Position numbers and translations under genes: made by a program. A DNA stretch of 64,000 bases from Nageia nagi (lineage: Eukaryota; Plantae; Pinophyta), in the NCBI GenBank assembly GCA_050084985.1, contig JBITNC010000001.1:117800001-117864000 (forward strand). The letters run 5' to 3'. Positions 53,423-64,000 of the stretch are shown here, piece after piece; the first letter of the stretch is position 1; each line of letters begins with the position of its first letter. A model generated the notes under the pieces. The model made no database searches, had not been told where the DNA came from, and saw only the letters and a list, made by a program, of their open reading frames with translations.

Positions 53423-55049
53423 AGTTGGATATGAAATGGCGAGTATCGAAATTGCATAATCCAAAAAATTTTAGGAAAGTGAAAAAATTTCTAAGTTAAA
53501 CTGTACTTCCCTTTCATAATTTCTATGCTAAATATGATATCTCATTTGCCCCATTTTTATCTTGTATTACCACTTGCACTAGCTTTTATAGGGTGATCAA
53601 GCTAAACATAACATCCTATGTGTGGAGGATTGATGGTATCTTTGAGATCCTACTCTCTAGGATGATCTATGGAAATAAAATAAATACTACCTACATAGAT
53701 TATATCCATTGAAATAATTTTCAAAGGAAGAGAAAGGATGAAATTAATATAATATATTTTGTTAGATTACTTTTGCTACAACTACTAATCTATGAACATC
53801 AAGATAATGAGGTAAAGATATGCCCTAACCTAGTAATAGATACTACCATAAAAAGACCTACAATTTTTGAAAAATTATGCTCATGGGATTGCTTTAGCCT
53901 AGAATTTTAGATTTTATTTGTAGAACATGTATTTATTTTTCAATAAATAGTCATGAGAGTTAAATATAATATTTACACTTTTATACTAGATATTCAGAGA
54001 ACTAATGATCTAATATTATCATACATGAAGAATTTTGTAATAAAAATAATTCATACTTACTACATGGATTCCTTGAAGAAAATTTAACACATCATGGGCA
54101 TTATGAGTTTTAGAGAATTACTTAAACTTATCTTCTACATTTACACTTAGCTTTTTCTTTAGAAACATATTTGTAAAATAATGGTATTTTATAATAATTT
54201 TTCAACAAAATATCTATCATGTATTTTTAACTTGTAGTAATAGTTAAAATTAGGGCATAAACACTTTGGATGGGTGTTGATGATATGAAAATTGCTGAAT
54301 TAATTTTTCAAAAAAAACATGAGAGAGATAACATATTTCATTAGACATATAAATGATAAAATTCAATATTGCGTTTACTAATTTCAAGTTTTAAATGCAA
54401 GAAATATAACTTAGGGTTTAAGAATGAATTTAATTAAAAGGGGAAAAGACAAAAAGTTTTTATCATTATCACTTGTCACATTGCTTACCTAAAGCTATGG
54501 ATACTACTTACTTTGCTTTCGGAATAGGTGTTTTCATTAGTCAATTTGCACTTTAGAGCTTATTTTTACCATGAAGTGGGATCCATTCTTCCTTGTTTGA
54601 CTATTCAATTTGATATTATTTATGCTGACATAGTAGAGGTTAATTGGAGGTTTATTGAGAATCCCTTAGTGAAGAGAAAGGGATATGTGGCTGAGCATGT
54701 TAGGAGTATCCCCATGGACTATATCTTAAGTTTTTTGAACTTCACCACTATTTTTTCATTTTCATTGTAATTTTCTTCTATCTTCTCTATTAGTGAAACC
54801 CTAGGGTTCCATTTTATTTCTTAAAACCTACAAAAGAAAAGGGGATTTTTATTACTTATTTTACATTAGATTTTATCATCACATAGTGTTTCCATTCGAA
54901 AGGAGATTATTTTATTTTGATTTTGGATTAAATATGTTGTAGTTCAATTATCATTTTACAATTTAAATGAGAATCCATATGTTTTGTATTTTTATTATAG
55001 TCAAATTTTATATATTATGTGTGTTGTGCTAGTTTGGTAACAATGTAAT

Positions 55050-56255
55050 TATGAAAATGTAAAATATCTCTAGAAACCAATGTTGCAAAAAGGAAGGTAA
55101 AATGGAAATTTAAGCAAGAAATAATACCTCCAAATCCAATATCTAATCATAAGAGAATAGTTATAGCAAAATGTAGATAAGAATGCAATTTTATTGATAT
55201 AATAATGTTAGAAGCATAATTACTTAAATATATTTTCATTCCCAAGGAGCTAACACAAATACTTTCTTCAATACAATTATTTTGGATGGCTCTAGGGCCT
55301 CACCAATTGCAACAACAACAAGGCCTACCCCAAGGCTTCCCTACTCCTTTGTTATGGAACCAAAAGTATTACTATCCTAAATGGATAGATTAAGTTGAAG
55401 GCTAACCTTATATCACCATGAGACAATAAATATAGACTTATGCTTGTAAGTGGTAAAGATAGAGTTCTCACACTCAATTTGATTAAAGGGGGTTTCATCA
55501 ATAATTTAATATATCACATAATATCCAAGATTCCTACTTTTATAAACATGGGTGATCATATTCTAATCTTATATTAAGATGATATAAAAATGGAGAGATG
55601 TGATCCATGTTATCTTGACAGCAACATCCAATATTGAGAGCCTTGGGATAAATGAGATCACATCCAAGGGCCTAGAAATATAACATCAAAGTAAGGATGA
55701 CTTTGATGTGCTTTGGCATTAGAACCATACATCCAAATAGATAGAGGGGTGATGTGGCACCTTAGGATACCTAATCCTCTAATGTGGGGGTGAATTATTC
55801 CTTAAAATTCCCAATTTCAAAGTGTGAGAACCATCCAATGCCTTAGGATGCTAAATTACTCTTTAAAAGTATCACATCCAATTTGGTTTTCCTTTCATAT
55901 GCCTCAAAGATAATGTAATAACCTAGGGGGATACTCTACCTCAAATAGGGAGCATTAATTACAAGAGAACCATCTAATATAAATATTACATTCATCAAGG
56001 CTTGAAATATGCAACACTGCATTGCATTTATAATTAAATTGATTACCCAAATATCATTAATATAATATTATTAAACTTTTAGGCACTCAAATAGATACAA
56101 TATTGGTCTATAATTAGATAATTTAATTAAGTATCTAAATGGAACTTATAATATTTATCCAAAATCTATAAAAATATAAAAAATTATACCTAAGCTAATA
56201 TTCTCATTTATCAAATCTGAAATGCGAAAAACATCATAAAAATAGGGACATTACA
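55050..56255 (-). repeat. 3' LTR (aligned portion)
   Basis: Colinear with 59300-60534 (e.g. aaggaaggtaaaatggaaatttaagcaagaaataatac; gggataaatgagatcacatc); the minus strand starts TGTAATGTCCC. Confidence 0.88.
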
Positions 56256-56289
56256 ATTCCACCTATACCAAATTGCTTGTCCCTAAGCA

Positions 56290-57850
56290 ATTCATAACAT
56301 TCATAGTTGTAGTAGAGTCCTCTTAATCCTCTTCTTCTTCTTTATGGATAATCTAAGAATCATCAAACTCTAACTTTTTCTGTTTGATAGTTTCCATCCT
56401 TTGGAATTTGGTTTTTGCCTCTCCAAGGTTTTTGATACCATGTAGTATCACCTATTTTCCTTTTATTTTAAAATTTATTTCTAATGTTTTGTAATTGAAA
56501 ATAACTTCTCCAATTGTATACAACCATTGCACTCTAATTACTATATGTATTAGTCCTCCAAGGAGAAGGATGTAAAAGTTACTAGCAAATGTATAATCCC
56601 CCAATTGTACTTTGATGTTTTCTACCATCTTGTGGCTGGTTATTGTACTATCATTTTCAATTTCTACATCAAAACCAAAGAATTATGTGATATTAAATCC
56701 CTTTTTTCTCATAAATTCTTCATATATGAAGTTATTCATGGCTCTTTCATCAATGAGTACTACAACTTTATTGTAGTTCACAAACCCTTCTACTTTGATA
56801 GTTAAAAATTGAGAGGGTCCTTTTAGAGTGGCTAGTGCCCCTCTAATGTCCCTAATTCCTACTTCATATTGGCATGTGTTAATATCTTCATGAAAATATT
56901 CTTGTACCTCACATACCTCAAAATACATATATTGAGCCTTTCCATTACATTGATATTCTTTTTTCTTGGGGATTCTAACATATGTAGAAGAGTTTTTGTT
57001 TCCTTAGTTCTTCATGTGTGGCATAATCTAGCCTATTTATGGTTTTTTAAGTCATGAAAGTTTCCCTCTCATGGATTATTTATTTGTTTTATTTTTGGAA
57101 TTCATGTTTGGGATTTCTTATGGTTGACCCTTTTGGGTAACTAAATCCTTCCAACATTTGGCCTTATGAATAGCAATTGATAAAGTTGATGGTTTTATAT
57201 ACTTAATTGATGATCGAATAGGTTCTTGTAAGTTGTGCATGAAGAGATACATATGTCTTCCATCTTCTATATTGGGTATGAATATAACAATCCTCTGTAA
57301 TTCCTCAATGTAGGCATAAATTGTAGTTGTATGTTGAAGCATAGTTAGTTCCTTGAAATATTCCTTAATGTATTTGAGTTTGAACATGTCTAGTACCCTT
57401 TTACTAAATTCCTCAAAGGTCTTGAACTTCCCATGACCTAGTTTGGTAATAACATTATGCCACCATTCATATGATATTCCATCTAGGCACATTAATGTTA
57501 TTTTTACTCTTTCGTTCATAAGGTGAAGAGAGAAATAAGTTTACATTTTTGTAACCATGCTCTTGCAGTTATTATGTCACTTCCATCAAAAATATGAAAG
57601 GGAATCTTAGGTTTTTGTCTTCTAATGGTTTCTAGAACTTTTAATTTTTTCACTTATGGGTTTCTTAGGTATGTGTGGAAGGGTACGATCTCTCTAAAGG
57701 TGTTTAATTTGTTTATGTACTCTTGAAGTACTTCTTGCATGTTTGCTTCCTCTTTCTCATTTCCAAGAGTTTTATTTAGTGTAAAAAGTAACTTGATGAT
57801 TTTAAGGGATGGAGTATATCTTGAAAACCCTTCCTTTTTCATTGTTATCC
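56290..57850 (-). pseudogene. Decayed gag-protease ORF
   Basis: ORFs 57654..57842, 57118..57519 and 56683..56928, with a frame continuing to about 56290; stops and frameshifts throughout. Confidence 0.8.
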
Positions 57851-59299
57851 CTTGGTTAGGTGTTTTTATCTATGTCAACATTCTAGTTAGTAGAGTTATT
57901 AGAGTATCTAGCTTTTGTTTAACCATTTTATTACTATGTTTTTCATTCTTGCATTGATATTGTTTATAGAATTCATGGGGCATGAAATAATACCTCCTAG
58001 TATTTAACTATCTAAATTTGTTATGTTAGTTTCTTAGTCTTAATATGCCAACATCTGGTTTAAATCTCAATATACACCCATAATTGTTGGAATGATGTAG
58101 ACAACTATAATCCTTAGTAAATAAGCCAAGATATCAAAAATCCATCCTTAGATGGATGAATTTCTATAAACTCATAACAAATTGATGTTTCTAAACATGC
58201 AACATCTCACTTCTAGCTAGCAACTCCTAGAAATAATTGCAAAATTATCTCAACATCTTCTTCTAAGCCTCCATGGTGTAGACACCATGTTGAAATATTG
58301 TCAACATCAATAAATTGACTCTCCTTGTGTCTAACAATCTCCTTATAGTGAATTAAAACTCAATATTTCTTACCAAATTATAGCCATAATATCCAACAAC
58401 CCTATAAAAATTCTCAAATCTTAAACTCTATGATGAAAATATGGCAATATGTATAATTGGATATCACTGTGATGCAAAAGATTCTCAAACTTATCCTAAG
58501 TAAGCTAATATCTTCCCTAATATGGCCCCAATTTGTAGTAAGGTCTCATAAAACTCCTCTAAAATTCTAATTTCTAGCTTAAAATGAACTCATAATATAG
58601 AATGATCCTCTAATCTTTCCTCATTCTACCAACATCCACCTCCAAATGGCCTTAAAATACAAAACAAGCCTTAAAACTTGCTTCATAATGCCTATGTATG
58701 CCTCAAAACTCCTAAAAATCCTTAGATCTAGGCTCTTGAAGCCAAAAAATCTACTTCTTGGCTCCTTAATCCTTAGATTCAAGTAACAGACTAGAAACTT
58801 GATGGAAAAAGATCAAAATTCTTGAAAATTACCTCTCACCAAGCTATATGAACCTCCTTGAAGTCTCAAAACTCAAATTTATGATCAAAATAGGTCCAAA
58901 AAACTACTATAATGGTGAGATATGGATCCTAGACCTCCAATGTCTCACTCCCAATGTCTAGATCTAGTAAATTCTCTGTAAACTTCCACTATGAGCTCAA
59001 GTTGATACCACTATGATGCTATCTTCTAATCTTATAACATGATGATGAGATCTCTTCAAAAACTCCTTCTTACTTGATAGAAAAGGGAAATATCTCCTTA
59101 GCAAGTGTTACCACTATGAACTAGTATCACTATAATCTTCAACTCCTTCAAAAATCTCCTCAACCTTTGTTACCTAATAGGATGATAAGATCTATCATGA
59201 TCCCAAACTAATAGATCATGCTCAAATTTTTTCTAGGAGAGAGACATTTGAATTATTTCTCCAAATTTAGCCAATAAAACTCAAAATAATACAATAATG

Positions 59300-60534
59300 A
59301 ACATGAAAAATGTCTCTAAAATCCCAACATTACAACAAGGAAGGTAAAATGGAAATTTAAGCAAGAAATAATACTTCCAAATCTAACATCTAAGCATAAG
59401 ATAATAGTTACAACAAAATGTAGATAAAATGTAATTGTATTGATATGATAATGGTATAAGAAAAATTACATAAATATATTTTTGTACCTAAGGAACTTGT
59501 ACTAAGACTTCCTCCAATAGGGTTATTTTGGATGGATCCATGGCCTCATTAATCACAACAACAACAAGGACCATCCTAGGGCTTCCCTACTCCTCTAAGA
59601 TGGAACTAATATTGTTCCTATTTGGAATGGCTATAGTAAGCTCAAGGATAGCTTTTTATCACCCTAAGAACTCAAATGAAGACTTGCAACTATAAGTGAT
59701 AAATATATATTTCTCACACTCAATTCAATTAAAGAAGATTTAATCAATAATTTAGCATATCCCATAATGTTTAGGATTCCACCTTTTATAGGCATGGGTG
59801 ATCATCTACTAATCTTACATTGATATGATCTAATGGTGGAGAGATGTGATATATTTGCTCTTAATAGCAACATCTAAGATGGAAATACTAGGGATAAATG
59901 AGATCACATCAAAGGGCCTAGAAATGTAATGTCCAAGTAGGAATGACTTCAATGAGATTTGGGATCAATGACATGAATCTAAATAACTAAGTGGGGTAAT
60001 GTGGGATGTTGGGATATCTAATCCTCTAAATTGGGAGTGAATTCTTTCTTAAATACCCAAAATCCAAGTGTGGTAGATTTTTAGTACCTTTGGATCCTAA
60101 ATTTCTCTTTAGAAATGCCAGATCCAAGCTTAGGTGTCCTTCAAGATACCTCAAAGTCAATGTAATCACCTAGGGGTATGATCTGCATTGAAGAGGGGAG
60201 AATTAATGACAAGATGATAATCTATTGCTAATTTTACAATCATCAAGGTTAGAAATACACAACGTCTCATTATTTGAGGCTAAAATTTCATTTATAAATA
60301 TTATTGCCTTGGTATCAGTAATACGACATTATTGGCATTTTAGGTACTCAACTAAATACAATAAATAAATAAAAAGGATCATTATTCCATAATTAGAGTA
60401 TTTAACTAAGTCTCTAAATGGAACTTAGTATATTTTGCCAAAACTTATGAAAATAGATAAAATCACACCTAAGCTAATGTTCTCATTTATCAGAGGTAAA
60501 ATGGGAAACCACCATAAAAATAGGGACATTAACA
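59300..60534 (-). repeat. 5' LTR (aligned portion; may extend to ~59012)
   Basis: Colinear with 55050-56255. A PBS-like TGGTATCA lies at 59010-59003 on the minus strand. Confidence 0.85.
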
Positions 60535-61899
60535 ACACTTTCAATATGATTTGATGAAGAGAAACTTTGTGAAAACTATGATGATGTTGACATGCAAGAG
60601 GAATATATAGAATTGAGGAATGAGATAAATTACTATTTGGTCCTTGATAGTATGTAGGAAGGTTACTAAATATTCAAACCACTTTCTAAAAAAAAATATA
60701 AGGACTTCACATCTCCTACTATTGATGATGCCATGTCCCTTATCAAAGAGTAGAAAAACTCTAGGTAGCCTCTATTAATTTTATATCATAAGGAGCAATA
60801 TTGGCTTTTCTAATGATGATTAAGAGGTTTAAACACTTAATAAAAAATATATTTGATTAAATTCAACTTAAATCCACTAGTATTTTGATAACTGTGACTA
60901 CCTTAATAACTATTGTAAAGGAAAATCACTAGAAAAATATAAAGGAAGAACTATAAACCACACATTTATAGTTAAATCATGGATTAAGAATAATAAATAC
61001 AATTAATAAACATATATGTACATATCATCTCCACATGAATAATTCCTAATTACAAAACAAGTTGGGGAGCAAGGATATCCATGTGGCATGCAACAAATGA
61101 TGAGCACATAGATCAAATCCATCCATAACCTATTTTTTCTAAGTATTAAATTTGGAATATAAGATTCTTGGACAAGTCACACACCTAGAATACTACATGA
61201 GCCTCACCATTGAACATGTATAACATAAATAACAATGATCACTACACTTAGCATTTATCAAAATAATCCTTCAATCTAACTCACTAGAAATAGATCATTT
61301 AAAAATAGAAATTCTAAATATCAACATGCATAATGGAAAAATACCCTACATGAATCCCGAAAGCCAATTGCACATCCTCACTCATTGATTCCACATCCTC
61401 CTACCTAACAAGAATAAAAATAAAATTTAAAAATTACATCCCATCCCAAAAAAATAAATACTCCACTGAAAATATTCATAACCATGAAACCTGGTCCATT
61501 TGTATAAAAAACCAAACTATTCCTTTCCCAAAAATACCATTTAAAAAGAAAAATAATTTGAGAATATAAGTTAGAAAAATTATATAATGAATCATGAATT
61601 TCACACAACATGTTGATATCTAAGAAGGCTACATCTAAGAGGAAGAATAATGATCCTTTCATTGAGTATGCCTTATATGGATATCAATATCTTACATCCA
61701 TAATGCAAAATTTTTATAGGGAATGTTAAAAGTAAGTGATGACTTTTTGATACTCATGAATGAGAATATAGAATGGTTAGAGATGATAGTATTGCTCAAC
61801 CTTCCTAAGATGCCATTCTTTAATATAGAACCCTAGTTCATGAAGCTCATCTAAATTATTTGCATGGTGGTCATCTCTGGTTGACCATCCTTATGCCAT

Positions 61900-64000
61900 G
61901 GCTAAGGAAACTTTTAAGCAAATCCTAGATATAGGTAAAGAGATGATCCCTAAAAAATAAAAGAGGCTCATAAGATAGGCCCATGATCCCATCTAGGTCC
62001 AACTATAGATAGATATGAATAAGAAGGTATTGAACATTAAACTTATTCTCAACTTAGCTTACATAGTGATTGTGAGGATATTCACTCAATGAATCTATTA
62101 TAAGAATATTATATAAACATATACATGTACTCAACAACATTATTATAAGAAGGAATAAATACATGTTGAAAGACATTTTCCTAAGGCAACTAAATCAAAA
62201 TGATAAGGAAGTTGAGGTAAAACCCTACAACACCTTTTGGTATGGTTATTTTCTCATTTATACCATGATAATTTTCACTAAACGTTTACCTATTGTTAAA
62301 GGTAAGAGTGAATTAGATCCAAATAATTCATTCCTAAATTAGGTATATGGAACTCTATCCTAATCAAATTGATCTCTTATCATGGATATATTCCCTTATT
62401 GTAATGATAATAGGTCAAGATAAGATACTTGAACTTGTATGTATTCATTTTAATCCAATTCCAAAATAGATCCTAAGTATCCAAAGAAACACTAAGAACT
62501 TCCTCTCATTACAACTTCACCTCTACCAAGTCAACTATGATTTGGTCACTCACCTAGAAACACAAGCCAAAATAATAGATTCATATATAAACCCTAGCTC
62601 CTACCTATCCATCTCCTAGTACGTAGTAGGTGTAATCACCCAACACCAAACTAGGTATTGAATTAAATAAATCCAAATAGAATAATCCCCTCAACCATCT
62701 CCAACACAACCAACTCAATCATAATTTGTGATGCTTTAGTTAAATCCCTTCAACCCCCACTCAGGTAAAGAAAAATTCAACAAGAAATTAGTAAAAGTAG
62801 TGAAAACTCACAACTAATAACTCAACTAGAAGTGGTTGACCATGGATTTTTAATCCACCATACACAATTGCCACTATATATAATCATAAAGCTAATAATT
62901 CTCAAACTAAGAAACCACCATCATTATCAATAGTATTATTTGTAACTACTCAAACTTTTCCACTAGTAAGTCCAATTCCTACCCTCATTAATCTATTTAG
63001 TTCTTCCCAATTGTAAATATCATTTTCATTTATGTCTTCACCTATACATGTCATCACCAACACATCATTAAGTATCATTCTTGAGGCCACCCATAACTCA
63101 TTCTAATCAAAACTAATGTACTCCATAATAGCAATGAAAAAGATTACCACAAAAAATCTAACCTCACTTTCCATAGACATTAGTCTCACCCATCATGAAA
63201 AATCCAAGTGAGATAAAAATCCCTTCCATATGGAAGAACACAATGTAAAAGGATATGAACCTTTATCCCATTCTACTCCCTAGTGCAAGTCCAATAGGTG
63301 GAAAAGAATCCCATTAAATATCGATTCATGTACCCCTCTAATATCACCAACAATGAATTACTAATTCATAAAAGAGACATTGATATTACAATCAATGAAT
63401 ATTTGGATAATATTGAAACCTATCTAACCAACCTCAAATAGTTCACAAAATATGCAATCAACCATCTACTAGTGAAATTCTTGGACTTTGCCATAAATTG
63501 AAGGACCCAAATGGTTGAAATTATTAAAAACCTTCTAGAGAAATCTCTCTAAAAACCCATAATTCCACCAATAAACCCTAATATCTTAGTGACCATCAAT
63601 GAATAGCTCCCAAACTTGGTCTTGAAAAATACCTAGCCCATCAAAATGATACTAGAAGTAGAAATTATAGACCTAATTAGTAAGAAAAAATGAATTTATG
63701 TAGAGGCTCAAAAGTAGTGGGGAGATCTTGACATTTGGATGAAGGAGTTAGAGATAGCTTGCAATATTGTCATTATTCAAATGGAGCACTACAAAATAAC
63801 ATGTGATGATATGCAAGACATAATTGATGTAAATTCAACCAATTGAAAGATAAATAATGTTACCCAACAATTGGCCCAAAAGGATATCAAACTACCCACT
63901 CTCCAAAAGTAAGCTCATAAAGATGAAATCTTTGATGATGAAATCTAGGATGTAACATTATAGTTGTTAGAAGTGTTCACCAAAGAAAGGGATCTCCATA
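61900..64000 (+). mobile_element. Decayed L1-type LINE (ORF1 and start of ORF2 endonuclease)
   Basis: LVWLFSHL (cf. VWxxFPxL) near 62240, YHGYIP..C near 62385, a long C/A-rich linker, then ILT..W and NIVIIQ..K (cf. DIVxLQETK) near 63725-63795. Confidence 0.38.

Larger units (their letters stand above)
55050..60534 (-). mobile_element. Non-autonomous Ty3/gypsy (chromovirus-type) element with two ~1.2-kb LTRs and only gag + protease
   Basis: Direct repeats ~55050-56255 and ~59300-60534, both ending aaaatagggacatta(a)ca. Gag in ORF 57118..57519 (CLDGISYEWW), protease in ORF 56683..56928 (VLIDERAMNNFI) plus IVIRVQWLYTIG near 56530. PPT at ~56256-56270; no RT, RH or INT. Confidence 0.85.

Overview
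AT-rich eukaryotic, plant-type nuclear DNA that is almost entirely nested, decayed transposons. Retroelement termini and the mutation pattern suggest a large gymnosperm genome (inference only). No intact host gene, RNA gene or CRISPR array is visible. From left to right: (1) the 5' half of a relatively young Reina-like Ty3/gypsy chromovirus (1-3614, -). (2) An L1 RT remnant. (3) An intron-containing C2-domain (elicitor-responsive ERG-like) pseudogene with three frameshifts and no first exon (6484-7003, -). (4) An Ogre/Tat-type LTR start followed directly by a stand-alone protease-tail/G-patch remnant (11.3-12.7 kb). (5) A decayed gypsy pol with a 372-bp tandem duplication. (6) A 4.5-kb non-coding block of tandem arrays and fold-backs (17.7-22.3 kb). 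(7) An LTR plus tRNA-Met PBS (23.9-24.6 kb). (8) A ~16-kb Ogre/Tat element (-) with gag-PR-G-patch-RT-RH-aRH-INT and an antisense plant-mobile-domain gene in its 3' region. (9) A second Tat-type element (+) with a tRNA-Trp PBS, broken off at a complex (CA)n tract. (10) LINE remnants, another Tat-type 3' LTR, and a gag-protease-only non-autonomous LTR element (55.05-60.5 kb). I found no convincing wholly new biological system. The best leads are the G-patch-only LTR unit, the antisense PMD gene, the gag-protease-only element and the fold-back repeat cluster. All domain calls are manual motif recognition; no searches were run.
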